A DNA stretch of 63,858 bases, filler included, from Saprolegnia diclina VS20 (taxonomy: Eukaryota): assembly GCF_000281045.1 (NCBI RefSeq). It is 9 parts of 3 records of this genome, joined end to end, with 100 filler letters (N's around TTAATTAATTAA, not from the genome) between each part and the next. Parts side by side here need not be neighbours in the genome. Positions count along the whole stretch, not along the records: positions 6,001 to 29,518 come from NW_008246159.1; positions 29,619 to 32,336 come from NW_008246159.1; positions 32,437 to 50,419 come from NW_008246159.1; 6 more parts are not named here. One strand, written 5' to 3'. Shown here piece after piece: positions 24,196-36,342 of the stretch. The position numbers and the translations under genes were made by a program. A model generated the notes under the pieces. That model was given only the letters and a program-made list of their open reading frames with translations, had not been told where the DNA came from and searched no databases. Every line of letters starts with the position of its first letter. Positions within the stretch are counted from its first letter, which is position 1.

Positions 24196-25507
24196 ATTCA
24201 TTTTTGGACTTGATACATATATATCGTCGGATGTAAACACTCCCCGCGAGCTCTTGCCGCACCGTACTAGTACTGTTTTCCAAAAGCCAGTACAATGGCA
24301 CTCCGGTTGACTACTCGAAGGTGCTTCGCGTTGCTGCCTTGTCCGAGCCGACAGTTTGAACTGAAGAAACCAGGCTATGTACACCTATAGTACACTTGAC
24401 GCAACAAGAAATGGAGGTGGCGTTCACCCCAGAGCTGCATGACCTGCTCTAGCGTCCCAGCCAACTTAGTCGTGGCGTCGTGCCTCGGTGTCGCCATCGC
24501 GCTGGGGCGCGTTGCAAGCACCAATCCAATGAGAAACGGGTGTGACTTGGCACGAGACACGGTGGCGATTCGATGCCGTCTCATAAGATGTGGTGGCGTT
24601 GGCTTGCAACGGGCTGTGCAAGACGACAGGGCCTGCACAAACGGCTCAAGCAAGGGACAAAGTACGGACCTGCTATCAAGGGTTATTTTATCTCTTGCAG
24701 CTATCAATGCCAGCGGCCTTGGCGTCACCTTCTCAGCATACATCTCTTGGTCTTGGCGTCCTTCCTAGCCTCTTCCTGCAGCGGCATCCAGGAACAAGAT
24801 TGCCATTTCTCGAGCGATGCCATTGGCTAGAATAGTATCCCAGGCGGGCTGTGATTTGCTCAATAAAAACAGCTCAGCCAATCAAAGACCGTCGTTCAGG
24901 CATCGGGCCCAACTGCGTCCACGTACCAGAGGTTGCCGCGATACCTTGCGGCTGCATTCTCTACCGACCGGCCCGCCAGGTGCAGAAATGCCCAGGCCGC
25001 CTGGGTACTATGCCTCCGACAAGTGAGCAGAAGGCCTCTGAAATCCAATCTCGAGACCTCCGAGAATGTATACGGTTGGGTGGTGGCGTGCACTTTCAAC
25101 TTGGACTGACTGCGAAGTTCAAAATGTCCAAGCGCCCCAAACCGAGGACGTCATCTTCGAACGATCTCCTCAGGCGATATAGGGACGACGTGCCCTCGGA
25201 CCTCGCTTGATCGTACATCTTCGATCCTCAAGAAGACATCAACAAGATTTGATTTCCTTGTATGTCATGTAGTTGTCTACTAGCAACATGCTCATGACGA
25301 TGGAGCACTTGCATCTTCAAACAACTTGCCGCTTCGGACGACGAACAAGAGATGGAAGAGCCGCATGACCTTTTGTCACGAGCGGCCGAGACCGCCGAGG
25401 TTCAAGTCAACGCCGCATGTCAGCGAAAACGCGGGATATGAGCCACGAGAAACTCAAGGCAAAAGAGTCGATTGTATCAATATGGCGACTTGAAACTTTT
25501 CTACGGC

Positions 25508-28441
25508 TTAGGCAGCACTCGTCTCGTGGGCACTTGGCGTATACGCGTCAAAAAGATGCGTCGTCGTCACCGGTGCGAGGGGCGTCGGCGTCGCCGGCCA
25601 AAACGTCACCAGACGCGAGCTGCCCGGGCGCAGGTGCAACACGTTGGCGCTCCACTGCCCGACGACCGCGGTCTCGAGTGTCACAAACAGTGCAGGATGC
25701 CCCGAGACGCACGAGACTTGGAACGACCACGACGTCACATTGGCCTCGACAATCGTCGTGGCAACGACGGCCGGCAGCAGCGGGAGGTCCTTGAACGGGC
25801 GGAAAAAGTGATATACCTCGTCGTCCAGCGACGGGCTGGCGACCGTTAGAAAGCAAGCCGCGCGGTCGCAGTCGTGGGCCGCTAAGAGGTCCGTCACGCT
25901 CTCGACATGCCACGCCACGACTGCCGACTACGCATCATCATGAGCTCACATTCTAGTAATATCAGACGCCGTACGTACCTCGGAATCCACGGCTACGGTC
26001 GTGTCAAGGACCTTCAGCGCAGTGGCGGCAGCCGCAAATCGATAGAGCGAGATGTGCACCACCACGGTTGCGTTGACATCGCTCACGATCGTCGCCGAGA
26101 TGCTACCGGTAGTCGCATCTTCGTGGACGATCGTCGCTTGGGGCGCAAACGGGGCGCGGACCATCGCATGGAGCGCCTTCCAGTGCCCGTGGACGTCGAT
26201 GCTCGACCAGCTCGGGCCGACCCAGACGTCGTTGAGCTGCCAGTAGAGCACGCCGGTCGCCCCAAGGCGCCGCCACGTGCCAATGGCCGTTGCATAACAC
26301 AGCCCTTGCTGCACCTGCGTGAGCCACGTGTACGCCCGTAGCCGCTCGGCCACGGATCCAGTCGTGGGTAGCGAGGCAAAATGCAAGTCGAGTTGGTGCT
26401 GAATGTGCTCCGTGCCGTTGGGCGACCGCTGGCGAAAGGCCAGCATCGCGTGCATGGCGTCGATCGTCGCCCAGTCGCTTGCGTCGGTGACCGTCGCCCA
26501 CGCCGCCGCCGACGGCATCGATTGAAAACCAAACTCCGAGACGAAGCGCGCCGCCGGGTACTGCGTCCAGTCCATGCAGTCGCGGACAACGTTGTAGTAG
26601 TGGACGTCACTAGACGAAGCGTTATGACGTGTCTGTAGCGCGTGGTCCTACCCGTCGTCGACCGAAGACGTATTCTCCCAGCGCTTGACGTACGGCGACG
26701 TGCTCAGAACGCCGTTGGATGGAGACGAGTCGAGAAACGGACGCCCGGGGTCGGCGGTCAAGACGATCGGCGCCACCGTGTCGACAAACACCTTGACATA
26801 GTCGGTGACGGCGCGGTCGCGGTTGAAGACGTTGCCGTCGGGAAGGAACCACCCGTTGGCAAACTGGTCCATGATCGACTCGTTCTCGTTGTTGCCGCCC
26901 CAGACCACGAGGCTCGTGAACTTTTTCAGGCGCCGGACTTGGTAGCGCACCTCGTCCGCCACGGTTTTGAGAAAGGACGCGTCCCGCGGGTACGCGGCGC
27001 AGGCAAACATGAGCTCTTGCCACACGAGGAGGCCGTGGGCGTCGCAAAAGGAGTAAAAGGCGTCCGACTCGTACCGGCCACCGCCCCAGACGCGCACCTA
27101 CACCTCGAGCATCCGAACTCGCACCCCAGAAACGCAATTACCATGTTCATGTGCACGGTGCTCGCACTCGTGAGGAGGTGCGCGAGCGTGGCGTGCGTCG
27201 TCCGCGTTGGGAAGACGTTGGAGGGCACCCAGTTGGCGCCCCGTACAAAGATGCGCCGACCGTTTATGATGAACCGAAAGTGATGGCCGGTCGGGTTGGC
27301 GGGCGACTGGTCGAGCACAATCGAGCGGATGCCCAATTGGCCTCGGCGGGCATCGAGGCGAGTGCCGGACGTCGTCGTCAAGAGGAGCTCGACGTCGTAG
27401 AGGTGCGGACGTCCGTAGCCCTTGGGCCACCATAACTCGGGGTTTTGAAGCGTGTACCTAAAGCATGCCGGTCGTTGTGGTGCAAGGGTCGAGATACAAA
27501 ATACGTCGCTTCGAGGTACGCCGGCTTCGACGTCGACGGAGCGACGGCCACGGCGACTGTGACGTTACCGAGGCGCACATGCAGTGCCAACGCCGAGTCG
27601 TTGCAGACGCCGTCGATGAAGCCACGAAACACCAGATGCGCAAACGACATGTCTGGCGCGTGCGTCTGGTCAATCGTGTACTCGTCGAGTCGGGCGGCGC
27701 AGGCGGACGGCAGCACGAGGTGCACGGGACCCGCGAGTCCCACGGGCACAAAGGCTAGTACATGCCGATCATGCATCTCGGTATCAACGAAGCCAGTGTA
27801 CCGGGGCCCCAGTCCCAGCCAAAGTCGCTGCCTGCCTTGCGAAGAAACGGGCGATGTGTTGGCTCTGCCCACGTGTTGGGGTTGATCGTCGCCGGGACGT
27901 AGTACGGATACGCCGCCGCCTACAGTTGTGAGAAGTTGAGAGCTCGAGGGTGCTGGCATGGATGTACGAGGCGCGCCGTGTAGGCTAGCGGTGGCTCGAA
28001 GACAAATGAAAGATGGTTTCTGCCCGCATGAACGTAGGCGGTGAGGTCGAATGCATACGCTAGAAACGAGTTGGCCGTTGCGGCGACCTCGACGCCGTTG
28101 ACAAAGAGCGTCGCAGGTCCGTCGATCGTGGCGGCGCGGAGGTGGCATGGCCGGTGCGCCGGCAGCTCGAACGTCGTCTCGTAGTGCCACGTTTCAGCGG
28201 CGACCCATGCCAGCGCGCGCTCGTTGTAGCGCTGGTGCGGGTCGGAGATGACGCCTGCCGACAAAAGATGTACATGCGACGACCCGGGGACTGTCGCGTC
28301 GAGGATCGCAATGGATCCGTTGCTGTTGCGGAACGTCCATCTCGTGAGCTCGCGCATGTTGGTCCGAAGCGCAAAGGCGGCCAGCGGGCGCCACGCAGCA
28401 AGCGCGAGCGCCGTCCACCACACTGCACTGCAGCGCATCAT
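25508..28441 (-). CDS. MANBA: GH2 beta-mannosidase, secreted/lysosomal (multi-exon)
   Basis: Signal peptide; ATVPG..H..L..AGVISDP, IFVRGANWVP, RVWGGG.YE, WGGNNENE (acid/base), RFVSEFGFQS (nucleophile), LYWQLNDVW..SWSSID. Confidence 0.93.
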
Positions 28442-28810
28442 CTTGCCAGAAGTGGGATCCGACGACGAGAGGCACTTATTTGTGGCATTGCCATATTTAC
28501 CACTTTTAAAAGTATCTGCGTTGTTGAAGTTGTGGCCAACCGTGCTCGGCGATACCGGTACCAAAATGCGCTCAAAGAGGTTGGACATGCTCGAGCGTAT
28601 ACCACTGCAATAATGGTCGCTCGCCTACAGCACCTCTGTATGGACCACTGCACCCGAAGAAGATACAGCGGCAAGAGTCGTGAGTAGTGCAATCTCGACG
28701 GAGCACGACGTTGAATTCTGGGTCAGTAGTCGAGAACGAACGACGAGCCTCTGCTTGCCCGGCGCCCGTTGGGCAGTTGTGCGCTGGCTTAAGATAGGCG
28801 CCAGTGACTC

Positions 28811-28839
28811 GATTGGTCGCTAATCTTGGTGGCACTGCA
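28811..28839 (+). promoter_or_regulatory. Conserved upstream block (reverse CCAAT box + GGTGGCACTGCA), also at 31582-31610
   Basis: Same motifs, same 17-nt offset, and the 12-mer at -213/-212 from the ATGs of both Htp1-like genes. Confidence 0.6.
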
Positions 28840-29040
28840 CTTGGCGCCTTTCGCAGTCGTTTCAGTGGTCGTTTCGCTCCGTCCTGTCTATGCTAGCAGG
28901 GGCGGCAAGAATTCCAAGCAGCTCTTCTGCCAAATGCTTCTTGCGGGACGACGTATATTTTTGGGACGCACCGTGTGCCTGAAACAACCCCGAGCAGCGA
29001 GCCTCGAGCCTCTCACAATTCAAACTCCATCCACTTTGCC

Positions 29041-30408
29041 ATGCGCATTTATCACCCGTTGACCCTCGCCGCCTTGTGCGTCGTCTTGCACGAGTCGCTC
29101 GGTGCCGCCCAGCGTACGATGCCCCTTGGATGATTCGACGGTTGACTTTTGACATGCAGATGCGAATGCTCTGGCGCACCCCGAGCATCGCAACGTTGCT
29201 CAGCCGATGAACGCTATGAAGCGCCACCTCCGCGGTGATCGGCGCCACCTCGACCGAAACGTAGCCGCAGACGAAATCAACACGACGGATGCGGCCCTCA
29301 TCGGTACCACCGCGAACGACTCGGTGGGTGCCGACAACAACAACGAGGACGACGACAACGACGACAGCGATTCCAAGGACGCCGACGCTGACGCGGGCGA
29401 GGGCACCAAGCTTGACGATGTCAGCCTCAGCACCGACGCTGCTACCAAGAGCAAAGCGGTCGCTGCCGTGTCCTCCGACGTCAACAGCAACGATATCACC
29501 GACGCCGGTGTTGGTGACNNNNNNNNNNNNNNNNNNNNNNNNNNNNNNNNNNNNNNNNNNNNTTAATTAATTAANNNNNNNNNNNNNNNNNNNNNNNNNN
29601 NNNNNNNNNNNNNNNNNNCAACGATGACAACGAGGTTGATGTATCGAAGGACGCTGAGGATGAGAAGAACGAGAACGACGACTCCAAGGACACCGACGCC
29701 GGCGACGACGCTAAGCTCGGCAATGTCGATTCCAATGCTGAAGCTGGTACCAAGGACAAGGCGGTCGCCTCCGTGTCTGCGGGTGCCGACAACAATGAAA
29801 ACGCTGACGCCGACACGGAAGCCAACAAGGTTGACGACGTTGACGGCGACAACGAGAATGCTGATGCCGTGAACGAGGTCGTCGAGAATGGTGACTCGTT
29901 GGACACAATCCTTGAAGACGTCGACACCGAAGTGGGCGACGAGCCCGAAATCGCTGCTGTCGATACCACCGACGATACTAAAGTCGATGTGGTCGCAGTC
30001 CTGTCCGGGGGCGTCGAGGGTGACGAGGCCGACAAGGAAGATGCCGAGGGTGACGACTCCAAGGACGCCGACGCTGACAGCGAGGACGACGATTCCAAGG
30101 AAGTCGACACCGATGCCGCTGACGAAACCAAGATCGCCGACATCAACGCTGCCAATGACGGCGATACCGAAGCGGATGCGATTGCTGTCGTGTCCAAGGA
30201 CGTCGAGGACAGCGAGGGTGATGACAACGAGAACGCCGATGCTGAAAACGATGGCAACGAGACCGATGACTCGGAAGATGTCGAAGTCGGTAACAACGAT
30301 GACGATGATTCGACGGAAGTCGACACCAATGCGGGCGACGACATCAAGATCGACGACATCAACACCTCTACCGGCGCGGACAACGAAGGCCATGAGAACC
30401 GCAACTGA
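29041..30408 (+). CDS. Htp1-paralogous secreted RxLR (KRHLR) protein with a long Asp/Glu/Asn-rich repeat region; intron 29114-29159; spans a linker gap
   Basis: Exon 1 encodes MRIYHPLTLAALCVVLHESLGAAQ, then HANALAHPEHRNVAQPMNAMKRHLRGDRRHLDR. The same acidic repeats (DDSKDADAD..KL/I.DV...KAVA.VS) occur on both sides of the gap. Confidence 0.8.
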
Positions 30409-31810
30409 TCGCGTACGTACCCAGTGATACTGTACGCTGGACACCGACGCGCCCATGCTGTTGTGACGAGTGATGACTATAATACATCTGCTGTTTCTGT
30501 TCGACGAGTCCAGACAAATCGTAGACGTCCAAAGAAACATGAACAAATGGTGTCCTCAAGCGACACTATGGTTTTCCCCAACAACACGCCTTACACATGA
30601 CAAAAAGTGCGGGAGATTTAGTAAAACGCACGTGCTACGAACGTTCGTCGACGGTGCGTGGTCTTCAGTGGACACCGCTGAAACAAACATAAAGGATGTT
30701 TCGACAATTGATGAACTTGATCGTAAGCTTGTACGCTCGGCGCCCGTCGTAATCGTTCAAGGGCGCTTCACGTCTTGCGGTGCCAGGTCCTTCCTCCAAT
30801 ACTTGTAGTGCCTACAGATAACACAGGGTGGGGCGGACCTAGTGACGACGAGTTGGCTCGTCTTCTGTGAGTCAGTGCCTCTGAAAAGGGGAGACGAGCT
30901 GCAAGTCGCACTGCAAGGTAATGACAGCAATCTGGATCTGTCACTTGGCTTACAACCGCACTAAACGCGATAAAACGTCTCGGGCAGGAATCGATGCGCA
31001 TGGCCATTCGTTGCGTCAAAGTGAGTCGCAGCGCGTAGCATGGCTTCACCTTGTGAGCAATAGACCTGCAGCATTGCGCTCCTAGCGCAACTTCAGCGTG
31101 GTGTGGACGCCTTTCTCACAAAAGCGTCGGCAGAGATTGCGAACATTTCAACGGCCCAAACATCGTGTCCAAATGCGTGATTCTTGTCTGTCGTGCGTGC
31201 TAATGCGTAGTATTGACGATGCTACTAGAGTTCAAGACGGCGAAATGACGTAATGAGCTACGGAACCCAATGTCGACGGATGGCTTGTGAAGTTAGTGGA
31301 CCTTTGAAGTGTGCATATCGATGGCACTGTACTCGATGGTGTAAAAGAGCTAAAGACATTACATTGGTCGGTGCGGCGAATTGATCGAGCTAGAAACTCG
31401 CTCCTGATCTGGGCAGCTTGTCGGTCTCGACCTCGTGCGCGCACCATCGCCTGGAGTCCCATTTCGTTCATGTCCATTCATGCTTGACCGACTCGTAGCG
31501 ACACTCTAAAGCGTTGAGTTTCCAGCGGGGTACATAATATTTGCTTGTCAACTGCCGTCTCGTTTTAGATGCTGCTCGTCGGATTGGTGTCTATTCGCGG
31601 TGGCACTGCATCGGCATAGCCTGCCGGTTCGTCGCGTGCCGTTTATGCCAGCATGCGCGATGCCTTTCATTCATGGCGGCTATCTGCAAGGTATCGCTTG
31701 ACCTCTGATTGGCCTACGACAATAGATCGTCGCATGCACATCCTTGCTTTGAAACGTCCTGCACCAGCGCTCACATTGCATTTCAAAATTCAACTTTCGA
31801 CCATTTGACC

Positions 31811-32336
31811 ATGCGCATCTACCACCCGTTGACCCTCGCTGCTTTATGCGTCGTCTTGCACGAGTCGCTTGGTGCCGCTCAGCGTATGATGAGTGTTGTA
31901 TGTACGACCATTGCCATTAATTTCGACTGACTAGATACAAACAGCATGACGCGCCCGGAGCACCCCAACGTTGCTGAGGTCGGGCATTCGAAGCTGCGCC
32001 ACCTCCGTCGTGAGAGCCGTGGCCACCACCACCACGCCGATGATGGGCAAGCCAACGACAAGGAAAACAACATCTCGACGAGTCAAAGCCAAGCCACGAC
32101 GGACAACAGCGACAAGTCGAAGAAAGTGCCGTCCACCCAATCGACGAACGACGCGACGGATCCGTCAAAGACCGACTTGCTCAAGTTGTTCCGCGAGTTT
32201 AAAATCAAATGGAAAAACACGGTCAAACCACGCGGTCATGACGACGACGACGACGATTCGGATTCCTCCAACGACGACGCCCCTACGAGTGCTCCGACTA
32301 CTACTCCGACCAATGCACTCACGGACGCACCCACAG
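31811..32336 (+). CDS. Htp1: Host-targeting protein 1 (SpHtp1) homolog, RxLR effector; intron 31884-31934; 3' end in gap
   Basis: Signal peptide [59 protein letters not shown] and xAPT repeats match the recalled SpHtp1 layout. Confidence 0.9.
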
Positions 32337-32437
32337 NNNNNNNNNNNNNNNNNNNNNNNNNNNNNNNNNNNNNNNNNNNNTTAATTAATTAANNNNNNNN
32401 NNNNNNNNNNNNNNNNNNNNNNNNNNNNNNNNNNNNG

Positions 32438-32593
32438 GAGGCCCTTGCGTACTCTGCGCTGACCCTCGCGGTGCTGGCATTCGTCATCTTTTGGACGCTT
32501 GTGATTGCCCAGTGCAAGCGCGACACGATGGATGAAGTAGATCAGCTAATGTACGCAGCCGTGACCGCGGGGCCGTCAACGCAGGGACCCTAA
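32438..32593 (+). CDS. C-terminal fragment of a membrane protein; 5' part lost in gap
   Basis: Open frame EALAYSALTLAVLAFVIFWTLVIAQCKR...QGP* containing one TM helix. Confidence 0.5.
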   Translation, partial: EALAYSALTLAVLAFVIFWTLVIAQCKRDTMDEVDQLMYAAVTAGPSTQGP

Positions 32594-32947
32594 TCCCATC
32601 GATTCAAGGAATGTAAGGCTGTGGTCGTCTACCAGAGCAAAAAGTATTAATAGTATTAGACATAACTCCCATTTCTGAACCACAAAGCTACGACGCGTAC
32701 ATGTAGTTAGTTTACAGCGCACTTAGTTGAAATGGCCCCATAGTAGAGCCTGCGGTCGGGCTGTCGGTTCGCAAGCTTGCGACAGCTTCACCACTGCAGA
32801 GTCGGTGCCGGTAGTGCCCGAATACCACCAATCAGCGTATTTACAGAATGCACCAATCCTGGATGCTATAGGATATCTTTTTGACCAATGGCCTTGCGCA
32901 AAGTACTTCAGCCAATCGAGAGCAAGATATTGTACCACTCGTTTGGG

Positions 32948-34276
32948 ATGGAGCGGCGATCGAGCTTGCTGGGCGTCCCGACGCCATGCTACATTCCCGC
33001 GGTAGCGTCGTCAACAAGCGCCACGTACTCATGATGCTCCATGTAGACGGTCGCGGGCAACATGCCGCATCTGACGCCAGGTAGATGCTGAGTACGTCGG
33101 ACGCAGCTCACGGCGTGGCGTAGACAACTGCACCAAGCTCGAGGACCTGAGCCTCGTTGGCGTCAACTTTGGCGAGCTGTACGTCGCGCTTCCGAACCTG
33201 TAGAGATGGCTCATGGCAAGCTATCGACCAGGTTCTCATCGCTGGCCTTTCTCGAGCAGACGCAGATGGACTTCAAGTCGTACTTGCAGCTGCCCAACGA
33301 CGCCAAGATCATCTTTTCCATCACGGACGTCACCAACATGCCTGTACTTCTGATTAGCTCACATGGCCTTGCTCATGTGCGTGTCTAGATTGCGCGCAAC
33401 ACCAAGACGCAGGCCAGTGCGCAGCGCAGCTTCGAGTCGAGCAACGGCCGCAAGCAGATCACGGCCGACGAGTACATGAAGGCCGTCAACACGTACGCGC
33501 CATCGAGTTTCTTTGCGCTCGCCGACGAGGTCGACCCGACCTTTGGCTACAAGCGGCAGCAGACGGCGGTCGAAACGTCGCTCACTTGGCTCGATGCGTG
33601 CCTGGCCGCCCGCCCGAAAGACACGCCGATCTTTGGCGTCCTCGTCGGCGGCAACGAGCCGCGGCTCCGCGCCATTAGCGTCACGGAAACGTGCAAGCGT
33701 CCGATCGACGGTGTTGTCATTGCGGGCTTTGGCGGGGGCGAGACGGCTGCTTTCCGCGAAGAGACCTTGGTGCAGTACCAGACGCAGGTGCCAGCGTCGC
33801 TGCCGCGCATCCTCCTCAACGTCGGCCAGCCCCTCGACGTGCTGGCGAGCGTCAGCCTCGGCGTCGACGCCTTCCTCTCGTCGTACCCGCTTCTTGTGAC
33901 CAAATTCTCGTACGCGTTGGTCTTTTGGATTGGCGATACGTCGGTACTGCAACAGACAATCTGTCCACAAAGCGAGGCTGACGATACGCGTGTCTAGACC
34001 GAGGCGATGGAGAGCACCAAGATCAACCTCCGGGACAAGCAGTACGAGCGCGACGCCAAGCCGCTGCTCCCGGGTTGCACGTGCTTTGCGTGCACCCGCC
34101 ACTCGCGCGCATACATCAATCACCTGCTCAACGTCCACGAGATGCTCGCCGACGTGCTCCTGTACATGCACAACATGCACCACTACTATGCGTTCTTCCG
34201 CACGATCCGCGACCAGATCGCGGCCGGCACGTTTGAAGCGTACCGCACGACGTTTACTGAGCGCTACATGCAGTAA
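32948..34276 (+). CDS. QTRT2: Queuine tRNA-ribosyltransferase accessory subunit (multi-exon; start approximate)
   Basis: TGT fold: TPCYIP, P.DVLASVSLGVDAF, INLRD..Y..D..PLLPGCTCFACTRHSRAYINHLLNVHEMLA.VLL.MHN. The catalytic-subunit DSGG and G.DMFD motifs were not seen. Confidence 0.88.
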
Positions 34277-34316
34277 AGACTGCAAAATTCATAGCAAGTA
34301 TGATGTCATTGGGCTC

Positions 34317-35897
34317 TTATTTGCGCCGCAAGGGCTTGACGCTCTCGTCGCGGCCTTCGGGCTCGGCCACGACCTTCTTCTTGGCCTTACTTGTGTGTGA
34401 TGGCACCGCTTTGGCCTTGGCCGGCTCGTCGTCGTCGTTGTTGTTGGAGGTTTTCTTTTTGAGTAAAAAGTCCATCGAGATACCGCGCCGACGGAGCGCC
34501 GCGTCAACAACCGACAGCTTCTCTTCAAGGAGCGCGCATTCGTCCTTGAACTTGTTGGCTTGGGCTTCGCACGCATCGGCTGCGTCTTCGGCTTTGGCAC
34601 TCCACGCCAGCGCCTTCTCCTTCTCAACCTCAGCTGCCGCTTTGGCGCGCTCCGCTACTCGACACTGTGCATACTTCCTCTAGCTTGCAGGGAAGGGTAC
34701 CGTCGCGGTGCAGCTCGGCGACGAGACGCAGCTTGTCCTGAAGCGACTTGACTGTCTACAGAATAATGGTGTGAGGTCGAGAATCGCGATGTGAGCGCAT
34801 TTTCACCTGAAGCAAGTCGACATTTTCTTCTTTTTCGATCTGCAGCTCGTCTTGGAGACGGCGGAGGGCGTCCGCGCGCACTTGCTCCCGCTCCTTCTCG
34901 ATCTGCGACACCATCGTCGTTGCTTGCAGCTTGGCCTGCAGCTCCTGCGCATGCGCACTGGTGAGCTCGTCTCGCTGCTGTGCGAGCGCCTTTGCGTGCT
35001 GGGCTTGGAGCTCGTGGAGCGCTGCTGCGTGGGCACTCGTGAGCTGTGCAATTCGAGCGTCGTGGTCCGCGACGATGCTCGCGAGGCGGTCGCGCGCCTG
35101 CGTGAGCTGCTTCTTGAGCGCTGACGTCTGTACATTCGACGTGGTTGCGTCGTTGAGACGCTGAGCGAGCTGCGCGTTCTCCGAACTGAGCGCAGCCTTC
35201 TCTTCCTTGAGCTCCTTGATACTGCGTTGATATTTTTTCTTGCCGTCGTCGGCCGAGAGCTTGAGCTGGCGCAGCTCGATGCCCGCCTTCTTGGCCACCT
35301 CATTGGCCTCGTCCAGCTGCTGTTGCTATGAAAGAAGTCTGTGAGGCGAAGTTGGCGCTACGGAGGTCGTACCAGTGCCGACGTGATAGTTGTCGCTCGC
35401 TCGAGGGATGTGTGGAGCTGCTGCACTTGGGTCTGGACCTCGTCGGCGGCCGCGTCCTTGTCCCTCAATAGCTGCTTGCATTGCTCAAGCTCCTTCTCGC
35501 GCCGAGCGAGCTTCTTGAGCAAATCGTCGGAGGGTTGCTTGACACTTTTCGGCGCGGGCTCGGCGGCTCGAGCGCGATCCCTAGCGCCGCCGATGAGTCC
35601 TTCGCGCTCCATAGTCTATGTGATGAGCTACGTCAAGTCTTCCTTTTCCTTTCGCATGAGCATGAGCTCCTTCTTGAGCTAGTAGCATGGCTATTGGGCG
35701 AGTGCGACGCTTTATCAGGTACCTCGGTCGCTTCCTTCATCGCTCGCTTCATGGTCACCTCGGCGGCCTTGCGCGCTTCGACTTCGGAGCGCACTCGGCA
35801 CTTGACGAGTCGCTACGACGACGCGCAGTAAGAACGTAGTCGTGCGCGGACGTCGCACCTCGACTTCGTCATCTTGGGTGGCCCGTGGCGTTGCCAT
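34317..35897 (-). CDS. Coiled-coil hypothetical protein (multi-exon)
   Basis: E/K/Q/L-rich heptad exons (35358-35612, 34756-35298 and others); start MATPRATQDDEVE. Confidence 0.7.
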
Positions 35898-36342
35898 CGC
35901 GATCGAAAATGACAAGCAAAAATAGAGCCAAGTGGCTATCGCCGGCGTCTGATTGGTGCAACAATCAACCAATCCAGAAGGCCGAGTATTATTATTCAAG
36001 TCTAGCATCATAGACTTGATGTTTGTAAGAAAACATAAAATGTTATTTTCGGCATATGAACCGAGATGCCGAAAGCTAGCGCGGCCAGCGCTGGGGCAGC
36101 CAGTTGTGTCTCGTGCGTCGCTACACCACGAGACTCATGACCTAGCGAGTCGCGAGGCGAGCGCTTGGACGCAAGTCGCAACGTTGACGGGCACGCCAAC
36201 ACATACCGTCATCGGCGTCTGCTTGCGCAATGCGGACGTGCGACATGTGACGGTTTCGAACGCCGCCGAAAACAAGGCTTCAATGCGGCATCTGCCGAAT
36301 GCGACTCGACCAGTAAGTTGCTTCCAATCTTGAAAGTGCGTC

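Noticed and set aside
32438..32593. TM segment as a membrane anchor of Htp1
   Set aside because: It lies across an artificial linker of unknown true size, and SpHtp1 as recalled ends shortly after the xAPT repeats. More likely a separate gene.
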